Positions 54,412 through 64,000 of a DNA stretch of 64,000 nt are shown one piece after another (position 1 is the first letter of the stretch; each line of letters starts with the position of its first letter). This DNA comes from Vulcanimicrobiales bacterium (lineage in GTDB: Bacteria > Vulcanimicrobiota > Vulcanimicrobiia > Vulcanimicrobiales > Vulcanimicrobiaceae): NCBI GenBank assembly GCA_038215615.1, contig JBBQQR010000007.1, forward strand, positions 27,313 to 91,312, given 5' to 3'. The position numbers and the translations under genes were made by a program. The notes below the pieces were generated by a model. The model was given only the letters and a program-made list of their open reading frames with translations, did no database searches and was not told the DNA's origin.

Positions 54412-56436
54412 TTAAGGCGACTTCTCCAGTGCGGCTTTCACCCGCGAAGCCAAAGCCGGGGTCATGCCCTTCACCGCCGCGATCTCATCGACGCTTGCGC
54501 GCCGAATGCCGGCCGCGGAACCAAAGGCAGTTAGCAAGCGCTTCTTTCGAACCGGACCGACCCCTGCCAGAGCATCGACCGCGGAGCGCGTCATCTCTTT
54601 GCCGCGACGCTGGCGGTGATACGTCACCGCAAAGCGGTGCGCCTCGTCGCGAACTCGCATGACCAAGTGCAGCGCCGCGGAATTTGGCGGAAGAACGATG
54701 GGCTCCGGTTGACCCGGCACGTACAGCCACTCGTTTTCTTTGGCGAGCCCGGCAACGGAAAGGCCCGTCATATCCATCTCTTCGAGCACCTCCATCACGG
54801 CGCTCAATTGGCCTTTGCCGCCGTCGATCAGTAAAAGATCGGGCTTCTTGTTGAACTTCTCTTTGCGCGCCAGCTCGTCAACGAGTTTGCTGTGTGTCGT
54901 TTCCTTGGCATATTCACCCTCGTGGCGCGCGACATCGATATCGGTCTTTGTACGGAGATAGCGTAAGCGGCGGCGCAACGTTTCTTGCATCATCGCAAAA
55001 TCGTTGGGCCCTTTGTCGTACTGGATCTTGAATTTCCGGTAGTCGCTTTTCTTCGCACGGCCCTCCACGAAGACGACCATCGAGCTGACGGCATTCGAGC
55101 CTTGGATGTTGGAAATATCGTAGCACTCGATACGGTGGGGCGGTTCGGGCAGCTCGAGCGCGTCGGCCAGTTCGGTAAGCGATTGCGCCTGCGCCGTCTC
55201 TTGCACTTCCTGATGCGCCAGAAATGCCTTAAGATTCTGCTCCGCGTTCTTTTGCACGAGTTTGAGATAACGCGACCGCTCCCCGCGCCGGGGCAGTAGC
55301 ACGCGCACGCGCGTTCCCTTATATTCCGTGAGCCACGCCTCGATGACGGACCTATCGCCCGGGAGCGCTTGCACCAAAATTTCCTTGGGAATCGCACTAG
55401 CGGCCGTGCGTGCCGCCCGCGCGTTCGCGCGCGGCAAGGGCACCGGCGACTCAACCCCGCGCGCCGTGCGTATCGACGCTAACGGTGACATGCCCGCCGG
55501 TTCGGGTGCGCCCGCCGTGCGCGCGGTGTAAAACTGTTTCAGAAACTCGCTGAACAGCTCCGAGTCCGGCTGATCGGCCACGCCGTCGAGAATGAAATGC
55601 TCCTGGGCGATCAATTTTCCGGCGCGTACCATGAAAACTTGCACGCACGCTTGGCCTTGGGAGCGGGCGAGCCCGAGCAAATCCATGTCGATGCGCGACC
55701 GCCACACAACCTGTTGCGCTTCCGTGACGCGACGTACAGCGACGATCCGGTCGCGCAGCCGCGCGGCTGCTTCGAACTTATAGTCAGCGGCGGACGACAC
55801 CATCTCGCCCTGCAGGCGCGAGAGTAGCGAATCTTGTTTGCCCTCCAAAAACAGCACGACTTCCTCGATCATGCCGTCGTACTCGTCTTGGCTTTGGTAG
55901 CCGACACACGGCGCCAAACAGCGCTTGATATGATACTGCAGGCACGGACGCCGCCGCCGTCCGTCGATCGGTTCGGGACATGTTCGCAGCGGAAAGACCA
56001 GGCGCACCAGATCGATCAGTTCTCGCAGTCCGTGCGCGTTGGTGTACGGACCAAAATAGCGCGCGCCGTCGGTTTTCACCACCCGCGTAAAAAGCACGCG
56101 CGGAAACGGTTCGTTCGTGACTTTGAGATACGGATAACGCTTGTCGTCACGCAGCCGTACGTTGTACGGCGGCTGGTACCGCTTGATAAGATTCGCCTCA
56201 AGGATGAGCGCCTCGACCTCGTTGGTAACAACGACCGTACGCACGTCTTGCACGTGCTCGACCATCGCCTGGGTGCGCACGTGATGCACGGCGCTCTCTT
56301 GAAAATACGAACGCACGCGGCTGCGCAGCGAAACCGCTTTGCCGATGTACAGCACATCGCCGTTTTTATCGAGCATCATATAGATGCCCGGCGCATCGGG
56401 AATCTGTGCGAGCGTCTGCGCGAGCGGCGTGGTCAT
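54412..56436 (-). CDS. uvrC: Excinuclease ABC subunit C
   Basis: PGIY..LYIGKA.SLRSRVRSYF, DDKRYPY, RIECYDISN, PDLLLIDGGKGQL, RDEAHRFA, HhH. Confidence 0.98.
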   Translation of the reverse strand: MTTPLAQTLAQIPDAPGIYMMLDKNGDVLYIGKAVSLRSRVRSYFQESAVHHVRTQAMVEHVQDVRTVVVTNEVEALILEANLIKRYQPPYNVRLRDDKRYPYLKVTNEPFPRVLFTRVVKTDGARYFGPYTNAHGLRELIDLVRLVFPLRTCPEPIDGRRRRPCLQYHIKRCLAPCVGYQSQDEYDGMIEEVVLFLEGKQDSLLSRLQGEMVSSAADYKFEAAARLRDRIVAVRRVTEAQQVVWRSRIDMDLLGLARSQGQACVQVFMVRAGKLIAQEHFILDGVADQPDSELFSEFLKQFYTARTAGAPEPAGMSPLASIRTARGVESPVPLPRANARAARTAASAIPKEILVQALPGDRSVIEAWLTEYKGTRVRVLLPRRGERSRYLKLVQKNAEQNLKAFLAHQEVQETAQAQSLTELADALELPEPPHRIECYDISNIQGSNAVSSMVVFVEGRAKKSDYRKFKIQYDKGPNDFAMMQETLRRRLRYLRTKTDIDVARHEGEYAKETTHSKLVDELARKEKFNKKPDLLLIDGGKGQLSAVMEVLEEMDMTGLSVAGLAKENEWLYVPGQPEPIVLPPNSAALHLVMRVRDEAHRFAVTYHRQRRGKEMTRSAVDALAGVGPVRKKRLLTAFGSAAGIRRASVDEIAAVKGMTPALASRVKAALEKSP

Positions 56437-56463
56437 CAGCTCGGCCTTATTCGACGAAGGCCG

Positions 56464-57075
56464 CTAAACCGTTTTCTTCCCCCAACGGCTCCTTACAATG
56501 AAGTACAGGGCGACCGCGACGACGGCCCCGCCTGCGATAATCAAGGCGTAGTGACGAAACGCCTCGCCGACCGCCTCAGCGTGGGAACCCAGCGTGCTTC
56601 CCAGCAGCACGAAGCCTGCGCAGAATAGAAGCGAGCCGCAAAACGTCCAGAAATAGAATGGAATTAGCGGCATCTCGGCAATGCCGGCCGGGACGCCCAT
56701 GATTCCCCTGATGAAAGGAACGAAGCGGCAGATAAAGATGGCAAAGCTTCCCCAGCGTTCGAAAAATCCGTGTACGCGGTCAAGCTCCGCGTGATGGAAC
56801 CGCACGTATTTCCCGTACCGTGCCACGAAGGGCCGCCCGCCATAACGCCCGACCGCGTACCCGATGCTTTGCCCGGTTAATTCGCCCGCGAGCGCCACTG
56901 CGATGACGAGCCACACGCTGGAGAGGTGGCGGGTCGCAGCTAGCGCCCCGGCCGCGGGCAGCACGAGTTCGCTTCCGACGGGCATGCCGATATTGGCTAG
57001 CGTCATCACAACGTACAAGCCGAGATAGCCTAAGTGGTCTACCAGGTGGAGGAAGAATTCGCTAAACGCGTGCAC
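56464..57075 (-). CDS. DedA family protein
   Basis: PVGSELVLPAAG, YAVGRYGGRP, FFERWG, RFVPFIR, PAG. Confidence 0.93.
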   Translation of the reverse strand: MHAFSEFFLHLVDHLGYLGLYVVMTLANIGMPVGSELVLPAAGALAATRHLSSVWLVIAVALAGELTGQSIGYAVGRYGGRPFVARYGKYVRFHHAELDRVHGFFERWGSFAIFICRFVPFIRGIMGVPAGIAEMPLIPFYFWTFCGSLLFCAGFVLLGSTLGSHAEAVGEAFRHYALIIAGGAVVAVALYFIVRSRWGKKTV

Positions 57076-57445
57076 GTGATCGCTTGAGGACTTCCGCGGC
57101 GCGGCTGCCGCCTTCGAGTTCTATAGCTTCGAGCAAATCTACGGGTTCGATCAGACCCTCGGCATTTTTCTCGGCGATAGCGACGATATTGCGCACCCGC
57201 GGCGTCACGAGGATGCCATCCCAGCCGCGATCTTCGCCGGTTCCAAGCGAGCGGCGGATCTCGGAGTGCACTTCGGCCAGATCGATGCCTTCGCGGTTCA
57301 GGCGTTCTGCGATAGCGGCGTCGGGCTCTTGGAGCAGCGCCACCAGCAAATGCTCGACGCCGATGTAGTAGTGGTTGTGATTTCGGCACTCTTGCTCGGC
57401 CGCGCGTAAGATGCGTCCCGATGCCGGACTAAATTTTGAGAACAA
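57062..57445 (-). CDS. Stand-alone Clp protease N-terminal (Clp repeat) domain protein
   Basis: MFSKFS...AEQEC...HYYIGVEHLLVALL; TPRVRNIV; no AAA domain. Confidence 0.88.
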   Translation of the reverse strand: MFSKFSPASGRILRAAEQECRNHNHYYIGVEHLLVALLQEPDAAIAERLNREGIDLAEVHSEIRRSLGTGEDRGWDGILVTPRVRNIVAIAEKNAEGLIEPVDLLEAIELEGGSRAAEVLKRSRARV

Positions 57446-57477
57446 CCAGCATTGCTCCGGGTGCCGTTAAAATAATT

Positions 57478-57551
57478 TCGGGGCGACTGGATTCGAACCA
57501 GCGGCCTCTTCGTCCCGAACGAAGCGCTCTACCAAGCTGAGCCACGCCCCG
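57478..57551 (-). tRNA. tRNA-Pro(CGG)
   Basis: CGGGGCGTGGCTCAGCTTGGTAGAGCG-cttcg-tt CGG ga-cgaag...GGTTCGAATCC...CGCCCCGA. Confidence 0.96.
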
Positions 57552-57652
57552 GAAATTCGTGCTCCCGTAGGTTCGGTCGGGTCCCTCCCCCTCCTGCCGG
57601 ATGCAACCGGACGGGAAAACGCTCAATGCTAGCTAAAAGTTTCCCCACACCC

Positions 57653-58324
57653 ATGAGATACCTCATCGTCGGCTGCGGCCGCGTCGGTTCCACCCTCGCG
57701 AAGCTGCTCGACGCGGACGGACACGAAGTTATCGTCGTTGACGAAGACCCCAACGCCTTTAAGCGCTTGGGGCAAAAGTTCAAGGGTCACGTCGTGGTCG
57801 GAACGGGTATCGATTACGACGTTCTCAAGCATGCGGGCGCCGCGCAAGCCGGCGGCTTCGTCGCCGTGACGAACGGCGACAATCGCAACGTTATGGCGGC
57901 CTTGATCGCGCAGCGCATGTTCCACATCAAAAAAATCGTGGCCCGCATCTACGATCCAACGCGCGGCATGATGTACCGCGAGCTCGGCATAGATACCGTC
58001 TGCCCTACGACAACCGGCGCGAAAATGATTCGCGACGTTCTCATGGAGGCGCCATGGGACACGCTGCAGTCGTTCGATTTCGGCAACGTGACGTCACTGA
58101 CCGCGACGATCAGCGCTTCTGACGCCGGCAAGCGCGTCTCCGACTTCGAACGGGCCGGCCGCATCCGCATCGCCGCCGTCCGCACCGGCAAAAGCGTGCG
58201 CGTGGCCGCCAATGACACGGTTCTGGCCGAGAACGATGAAATCAACGCGATCGTCGCGCCTGAAGCGATCAGCGAGTTCTCGCAAATGTTCACCGATGCG
58301 CGCATCCCGGAAAAAGTCGGCTGA
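57653..58324 (+). CDS. trkA: TrkA family potassium uptake regulatory subunit (RCK)
   Basis: IVGCGRVG, VAVTNGDNRN, VARIYDP, C-terminal RCK-C-like segment. Confidence 0.9.
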   Translation: MRYLIVGCGRVGSTLAKLLDADGHEVIVVDEDPNAFKRLGQKFKGHVVVGTGIDYDVLKHAGAAQAGGFVAVTNGDNRNVMAALIAQRMFHIKKIVARIYDPTRGMMYRELGIDTVCPTTTGAKMIRDVLMEAPWDTLQSFDFGNVTSLTATISASDAGKRVSDFERAGRIRIAAVRTGKSVRVAANDTVLAENDEINAIVAPEAISEFSQMFTDARIPEKVG

Positions 58325-58740
58325 TGTTCGTTCTAATCGTCGGCGGCGGTAAAGTCGGCTCCTATCTCACGCGTGCGCTCGTCACTCAAGGCCACGAGGT
58401 CGTCATCGTCGAGAAAGCCGAACGCAAGGCGCGGATGCTCGAACAGCTCCTGCAGCGCAACGTCACGCTGGTAGGTGACGGCTGCGACCCGCTCGTGCTC
58501 GAACAGGGCGGTCTCAAACGCGCCGACGTGGTCATCGCCGACACCGGCGACGACGAAGACAACTTGGTCGTCTGCTTGATCACCAAGAAAAACTCCACTG
58601 CCCGCTGCATCGCGCGCGTCAACAACCCGCGCAATAAACTGATCTTTGAATCGCTCGACGAGCAGAATCCCGTCACGGTCATTTCGTCAACCGAAGTCAT
58701 TCTGGACGCGATTCACAAACACGTCACCTCGCCTGTGTAA
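58324..58740 (+). CDS. TrkA N-terminal (RCK-N only) protein
   Basis: IVGGGKVG, GDGCDP, TGDDEDNLV, IARVNNPRN; ends before an RCK-C domain. Confidence 0.88.
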   Translation: MFVLIVGGGKVGSYLTRALVTQGHEVVIVEKAERKARMLEQLLQRNVTLVGDGCDPLVLEQGGLKRADVVIADTGDDEDNLVVCLITKKNSTARCIARVNNPRNKLIFESLDEQNPVTVISSTEVILDAIHKHVTSPV

Positions 58741-58744
58741 TACG

Positions 58745-59842
58745 TCAGGCGCTCAGCGGCAGGTTTTTAGCACCACGCTCGAGCGTCAGCAAGCCGGCCA
58801 ATAATGTAACGACAACGACCGTGAACGTCACATTGACGACGAGTTCGTGGTCCGCAACGGCTTGCGGAACCGACAAAGCAAGCGCCAGGGAAAGCGCCCC
58901 GCGTATTCCGGCCAGCCGAACGACCGACATCCAAGCCACGTGCAATTTCGGCCGCACGAATTCCAGCAGCCCGTGGACGATCGCAAAGCGCGCAAGCATC
59001 ACCACCGTCACGGTAAGCAATGAAACCGGCAGCGCACGCCCCAATTGTGTCACATCGATCGCCGCTCCGATCAGAAAAAAGAGCGCCGCGTTGGAAACGG
59101 CCGCAATGCCGTCCCACACTTTCTCCGTGGACCGCGAGCACGTTTCCCCGATTTTTCCTTGCTGCAGAAATCGAAGGGTGACGCCAAAGGCCAGAACGGC
59201 GAAGATTCCGGACCAGTCGAAGCGGTTGGCGAGGTAGTAAGATCCATATGCGCCCGCAAATGTCACCAAACCATACGCTGCGAACTGTTGCGTACGGCCT
59301 AACATCTGCGCCGCTATAAACCCGGTAACGGCGCCCACAGCAATGCCACAAAAGGTACCGAGCGTGGCCTGCGCGCTTATCTGGAGTACGCCTGCCTGTG
59401 AAGCCAACACCAACGAAGCGAGCACAGCGCGGTAGATGACGACGGCAACGGCGTCGTTGAGAAGCGCTTCGCTTTCAATAATTGTTGTCAGCGCTGCCGG
59501 CAAACGCAGGCGCTTGAAGATCGCCAGTACCGCGACGGGGTCGGTCGCGCTGAGGATCGCGCCTAGTAGCAGTGCCGCAGTCCAGGAAATCCCCCCGGCA
59601 TAGTGTACGCAGAGCGTGATGATTCCGGCGGTGCAAATGACGCCCGGAACGGCTAAGATGAGAATCGGGCCGCACATCCGCCGCATCGTCTGCGCATCGA
59701 GGCGCCACGCTCCTTCGAAAATCAGCGCCGGAAGAAACACGTAGAGCGTCGCCGCTCCAAACACACCCGTTAGCCGTCCAGGAAAGATGACTCCCGCGGC
59801 AATGCCGGCTATCAAGAGCGCGGCGATGTATCCTAACTGCAT
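58745..59842 (-). CDS. Cation:proton antiporter (CPA1/NhaP-like)
   Basis: FLPALIFE, GAILSATDPVAV, ESEALLNDAVA, GIRGALSLALAL. Confidence 0.92.
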   Translation of the reverse strand: MQLGYIAALLIAGIAAGVIFPGRLTGVFGAATLYVFLPALIFEGAWRLDAQTMRRMCGPILILAVPGVICTAGIITLCVHYAGGISWTAALLLGAILSATDPVAVLAIFKRLRLPAALTTIIESEALLNDAVAVVIYRAVLASLVLASQAGVLQISAQATLGTFCGIAVGAVTGFIAAQMLGRTQQFAAYGLVTFAGAYGSYYLANRFDWSGIFAVLAFGVTLRFLQQGKIGETCSRSTEKVWDGIAAVSNAALFFLIGAAIDVTQLGRALPVSLLTVTVVMLARFAIVHGLLEFVRPKLHVAWMSVVRLAGIRGALSLALALSVPQAVADHELVVNVTFTVVVVTLLAGLLTLERGAKNLPLSA

Positions 59843-61050
59843 CAGTGCGTGTGCGTGAAATTTCCGACGCGGACACCCGTCGCGCGCATCTCCGCGATGG
59901 CTTCACGCATACCGGCAGGCTGCTCGGGCCGGCCGACCGTGTCGAAGTACCACTCGGGATCGATGTTGAGCGTGCGCGTCTGGATCATATCGACCTTAAC
60001 CGATCGCAAAAATTCGCGCATCGCCGTTAGCTCGTCGGCGTCGTCGGTAATTCCTGGATGGGTCAGCAGATTGAGCGATACGCGGAGCCCCGCATCGCAT
60101 GCCATCCGGATCGATGCGAACACATCGTCCAGAGCATAGCCGATCGGACGATAGTACGCGGCATAAACGCGCGGTCGAAACGAGTTGAGACTGACGCGCA
60201 CGGCTTGAAGTCCGCCCTCAATGCAGTGTCGGAGCGCGGATGGCAAACTGCCGTTCGTGTTGAGGTTGATGACCCCGTTCGACCGGCTCGCGCGAATCAT
60301 CGCGAGCGCGCGCGCGATCGCAATCGAGCGCAGCAGCGGCTCGCCTTCGCAGCCTTGTCCGAACGACACGATTCCGTCGGGAACCCGCTCGAGATGCGCA
60401 ATTGCGATGCTTGCAAGATCGCGGGCGGTCATTTCTTCGGCGATCCGAAGCTGCGGAGAAGGCACGCCGGTCTCCGGTTCTTGTTCGGAGATGCAGCCGA
60501 CGCAGCGCGCGTTGCACGAGGGGGAGACGGGCAGCGCCGCCTCGCCTTTTTCCAAAAACACATTTTGAGCCGTAAAGCAACTGTACTCTAGCGAGCACTT
60601 TGCAAGTTGCTGCAGAACGCGGTTTCCATTCGCTGCGCTGAGACGGCGCTCGACCAGCTGCTCGAGTTCGCCCGGTGCGAACGCGCGCGGCTGCCAATCC
60701 TCGCCTTCGTCGGTGCGCATCGCCGCAACGTGCAGCGTTTCATCGATCGCACAGGCAAACGTGTAACCGAAAAGCGGCAGCGCGGGAGCGCCGGCATCGC
60801 GGTCGTAAGCGGGTAACAGCAGCCGCGTATATCCGGCCGGCAGCATGACCGCCAGCGCCTGGCGTCTGCGCTCAACGCCTTTGGTCACGCGGGGATGACG
60901 TTCGCGGAGAACCATCGGAACCGTGCCCGGAGGTGCGGGCACGAGATCCTCGCTCGACACTTCGCGGATGATACCGCCGTCACCCAACGGCTCCGCGTTT
61001 TCGTCGTAAAATATGCGGCCGGCTTTGTCGCAGTACGCTAGGCCAATCAC
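59842..61050 (-). CDS. Radical SAM protein of unknown function
   Basis: CNARCVGC, SFGQGCEGEPL, INLNTNGS; GTGA overlap with the upstream GNAT. Confidence 0.9.
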   Translation of the reverse strand: MIGLAYCDKAGRIFYDENAEPLGDGGIIREVSSEDLVPAPPGTVPMVLRERHPRVTKGVERRRQALAVMLPAGYTRLLLPAYDRDAGAPALPLFGYTFACAIDETLHVAAMRTDEGEDWQPRAFAPGELEQLVERRLSAANGNRVLQQLAKCSLEYSCFTAQNVFLEKGEAALPVSPSCNARCVGCISEQEPETGVPSPQLRIAEEMTARDLASIAIAHLERVPDGIVSFGQGCEGEPLLRSIAIARALAMIRASRSNGVINLNTNGSLPSALRHCIEGGLQAVRVSLNSFRPRVYAAYYRPIGYALDDVFASIRMACDAGLRVSLNLLTHPGITDDADELTAMREFLRSVKVDMIQTRTLNIDPEWYFDTVGRPEQPAGMREAIAEMRATGVRVGNFTHTH

Positions 61051-61496
61051 AGCGTTTTTTGAAAAACGTACTCGGTCTTCAGCACGTCGTAACCCAAGCG
61101 CGAGTAAAACGTGTGCGCGCGCTCGCGAACGACGTTTGAAAGGAGCCGTAGCGTCGCGCAGCCCTGCTTTCGCGCCCACTCTTCTGCCGCCGCAACGAGC
61201 ATTTCGCCGATCCGGTGGCTGCGAAACTCGTCCTCCACAATCAGGCCATGAATCTCGGCCCGCCGGATCGCGATCAGCGTATTCACGCGCGCCACAACCG
61301 TCCATCCGACGACGCCTGCGCGCGGAACGACCGCGACCAGGATCGCGCGATCGTCGCTGGGCGAATGCACGATCGCTTCCACATGCGCGAGCGGAGTTTC
61401 ATATCCCAACTGCAGGGCGAGCGCAACGATGCGCTCGGCATCGGCGGGCATCGCATCGCGAATCGAAACGGCGAGGTCGTTAGACGGCGGCTGCAT
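61047..61496 (-). CDS. GNAT N-acetyltransferase
   Basis: LIVEDEFRSHRIG..LV.AAE.WA, AHTFYSRLGY. Confidence 0.9.
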   Translation of the reverse strand: MQPPSNDLAVSIRDAMPADAERIVALALQLGYETPLAHVEAIVHSPSDDRAILVAVVPRAGVVGWTVVARVNTLIAIRRAEIHGLIVEDEFRSHRIGEMLVAAAEEWARKQGCATLRLLSNVVRERAHTFYSRLGYDVLKTEYVFQKTL

Positions 61497-62271
61497 ACAT
61501 TGCCGCGACGCTGGTATCGAACACGCGCACGGCCGGCCCGGTCAAAAACGCTTCACCGGCGCCATCCCATTCAACCGCGAGCACGCCGCCGGGAACTCCA
61601 ACGGCAACGGGACTCTCGACCAGTCCAAAACGAATCGCCGCGGCCGCGCAAGCCGCGGCGCCCGTTCCACACGCTTGCGTCAGCCCTACTCCGCGTTCCC
61701 AGTGGCGCACGTCCAACCGGCCGCGGTCGACGGCGACCGCAACGTGTACGTTTACGCCCTGCGGAAAGAGCGGCTGGAGTCTTAACGCCGTCTGCGTCAA
61801 GTCGATCGCGTCGAGCGACTTTTCGAAGATAACGACGTGCGGATTTCCAATATCAACGTACGCCGAATTTGCAAAAGGAAGCGTGCGCGGCTCGAAGTGC
61901 GGCGTGCCGATCTGCGTACGAACGTTGTACGCCTCTCCCTTACTCACAATCTCCGCCGAAAGGACGCCCGCTGCGGTCTCAATGCGGAAAGCATCTCCCT
62001 CCCCGGCCTCCGAGAGAAAGCGCGCCGCGCAGCGTAATCCATTTCCGCACATCTCCGCTTCGCTGCCGTCCGCGTTAAAAATACGCATGCGCGCGTCCGC
62101 GGTTTTCGATGGTTCGATGAGAATAGTTCCGTCGCAGCCGACGCCGCCGCGGCGATCGCAGATGCGGCGCGCGAACTTTTGCGGGTCGAACGGTCCGGTT
62201 GCATTGCGCCGGTCGATGACGGCGAAGTCGTTGAACGCGCCGTGCATCTTGGTCACGGCCACGCCGGACAT
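61480..62271 (-). CDS. dapF: Diaminopimelate epimerase
   Basis: KMHGAFNDF, FNADGSEAEMCGNG, GNPH, WERGVG.TQACGTG. Confidence 0.96.
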   Translation of the reverse strand: MSGVAVTKMHGAFNDFAVIDRRNATGPFDPQKFARRICDRRGGVGCDGTILIEPSKTADARMRIFNADGSEAEMCGNGLRCAARFLSEAGEGDAFRIETAAGVLSAEIVSKGEAYNVRTQIGTPHFEPRTLPFANSAYVDIGNPHVVIFEKSLDAIDLTQTALRLQPLFPQGVNVHVAVAVDRGRLDVRHWERGVGLTQACGTGAAACAAAAIRFGLVESPVAVGVPGGVLAVEWDGAGEAFLTGPAVRVFDTSVAAMYAAAV

Positions 62272-62540
62272 TACGAGGTCGTCACCTCAACGGCGGCTTC
62301 AGGTGCGGCCGCACCCGCCTCGCCGCCGCCGGGACTCGAAAACGGGCCTTGCGGTGAAATGGTCGACACGGCGTGCTTGTAAATCAAGTGCGTCTTACGT
62401 TCGTATTCGATGAGAATAGTGAACGGGTCGAAACCTTTGACCACGCCGCGCAATTGAAAACCGTTGACCAAATAGATTGTCACGGCAACGCCCTGCCGCC
62501 GAACTTCAGCAAGGTAAGTATCCTGAAGACTACCGGGCAT
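62271..62540 (-). CDS. hfq: RNA chaperone Hfq
   Basis: LQDTYL, TIYLVNGFQLRG, LIYKHAVSTI. Confidence 0.96.
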   Translation of the reverse strand: MPGSLQDTYLAEVRRQGVAVTIYLVNGFQLRGVVKGFDPFTILIEYERKTHLIYKHAVSTISPQGPFSSPGGGEAGAAAPEAAVEVTTS

Positions 62541-62543
62541 AAA

Positions 62544-63449
62544 TCACGCTTCAACCCAGTGCAGACTTTCCCTTGCCAGGCGTTGGATGTCCGCGGGCAA
62601 CGCCTGCACGATTTCCGGCTCGCTGCGAAACCAGGTCGTTTGCCGTTTTGCGTAGCGCCTGGTCGCGCGAATCAATAATTCGCGCAGTTCTCCGCGCGTG
62701 CTCCATCCTCGCGCGTACGCGATCGCTTGCGGATAGCCGACCGCTGTCCCGGCCACAGCGTTTTTTCCGATTCCCTCCGCTTCTTCCACGAACCCGTCGT
62801 GCAGCATCGCATCCGTCCGTCGGGCAATGCGCTCCCGCAACGCACTCTCATCAATCGTGAGAAACAGTTTAAGGTAGGGAATTCCGGCCGAACGCAGCGA
62901 CGTAATCCGCCCTTCGCGGCTTCCGGAATGCGGCGCTAACGCGATCTCCAACGCACGCAATACCCGGTAGGAATCTTGCGGGTGAATCGCCCCCGCGCGA
63001 GCAGGATCCCGTACGCTTAGCCAAGCGTGCAAGAACTCAGCGTCGTGCAAGCGCGCTTCGCGCACGAGCCGTTCGCGCACCGCCTCATCGTATTGCGGTG
63101 CCAGGTCGACCGCGCCCGTCAGCGCGCGGACGTAAAACCCGGTTCCACCAACGACGATTGCGCGTTTGCCGCGCGCGTGAATATGCGCGATCGCGGCGAC
63201 GGCGTCGGCGGAATAACGCGCGGCGGAATACCGCTCCGCGGGATCGAGAAACCCGAAAAGATGGTGCGGAACCGCGGCCAATTGTTGCGGTGCCGGCGCA
63301 GCCGTACCGATCGGCATCTCACGATAGATTTGGCGCGAGTCGGCGTTAACGATTTCGGCATCGAACGCCCGCGCGAGATCGATCGCGAGCTCGCTCTTCC
63401 CCGATGCGGTCGGTCCGGCGATCACCAGGACGCCGGATACTCGACTCAC
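62544..63449 (-). CDS. miaA: tRNA dimethylallyltransferase
   Basis: GPTASGKS, DSRQIYR.MPIGTA, VGGTGFY, TRRYAKRQ.TWFR. Confidence 0.96.
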   Translation of the reverse strand: MSRVSGVLVIAGPTASGKSELAIDLARAFDAEIVNADSRQIYREMPIGTAAPAPQQLAAVPHHLFGFLDPAERYSAARYSADAVAAIAHIHARGKRAIVVGGTGFYVRALTGAVDLAPQYDEAVRERLVREARLHDAEFLHAWLSVRDPARAGAIHPQDSYRVLRALEIALAPHSGSREGRITSLRSAGIPYLKLFLTIDESALRERIARRTDAMLHDGFVEEAEGIGKNAVAGTAVGYPQAIAYARGWSTRGELRELLIRATRRYAKRQTTWFRSEPEIVQALPADIQRLARESLHWVEA

Positions 63450-64000
63450 CGTTTGAAGAGCCGCGCGATGCCGCCCGGCTCGAGGCGGACGATGGTCGGG
63501 CGCCCGTGCGGGCAGTGCATCGGATTCTCGCAAACTTGCAGGCGGTCCAGCAGCGTCGTCATCTCCGAAAGATCGAGACGCTCGCCGGCGCGCGTCACCG
63601 AATGGCATGCCAGCGACGCCCAGACGCGTTCGCGGACGTCACGTTCTTTGGCGCCGGCGTTCACATCGTCCAAAAAACCGGTGACGTCGAACGCGCGCGC
63701 GCCGTAACCCGCCGGCGTCGCAATGATGCGGTAGCTGCGATCTCCGAAATTTTCTATCTCCAGGCCGCCCTCGCGCAACGGTTCGAGTACGCGCTCGAGT
63801 GCGGCCACGCGATCGCCGCTCAGCTCGAACGCGAACGGCACGAGCAGCGGCTCGGCCGGAGCGGTCGCCGCGTTCGCAGCAGCGACGATGCGTTCGTATG
63901 CGATCCGTTCGTGCGCCGCGTGCTGATCGACCAGCACGATCGCGCTGCCGTCGGTCGCCAGAATATAGGTGCGGTCGATTTGGGCCAGCACGCGCAGCCC
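63446..64000 (-). CDS. mutL: DNA mismatch repair endonuclease MutL, C-terminal part
   Basis: DQHAAHER, ACH, CPHGRP motifs; 5' end lies outside the window. Confidence 0.95.
   Translation of the reverse strand, partial: GLRVLAQIDRTYILATDGSAIVLVDQHAAHERIAYERIVAAANAATAPAEPLLVPFAFELSGDRVAALERVLEPLREGGLEIENFGDRSYRIIATPAGYGARAFDVTGFLDDVNAGAKERDVRERVWASLACHSVTRAGERLDLSEMTTLLDRLQVCENPMHCPHGRPTIVRLEPGGIARLFKR

Overview
GC-rich bacterial chromosomal segment. It combines Firmicutes-like gene orders (dapB-asd-dapG-dapA; mutL-miaA-hfq) with a TonB-dependent receptor, which suggests a diderm Terrabacteria lineage such as Ca. Eremiobacterota (inference only). Housekeeping blocks lie at both ends. The left block has rib and dap genes, pcrA, glycosyltransferases and tRNA-Gln/tRNA-Glu. 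The right block has tmRNA, uvrC, tRNA-Pro, trkA, dapF, hfq, miaA and mutL. Between the convergent 3' ends of tRNA-Glu (20572) and tmRNA (53549) is a ~33 kb region rich in accessory genes. It holds a 3.5 kb integrase-less islet bounded by a duplicated tRNA-Glu 3' end, an IS3 relic and several gene relics. Most notable are three lipoproteins, plus one relic, that share an N-terminal lectin-like (tectonin-type) repeat module fused to three different C-terminal domains (GH-A-like, Vgb-like propeller, GH64-like). Other leads: a secreted protein with thioester-domain-like motifs, three DUF4760-like paralogs, a REP-like element that supplies the asd C-terminus, and Cys/His micro-proteins beside an alkyltransferase-like gene. 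All family assignments are from motif recognition by eye; no database search was run.
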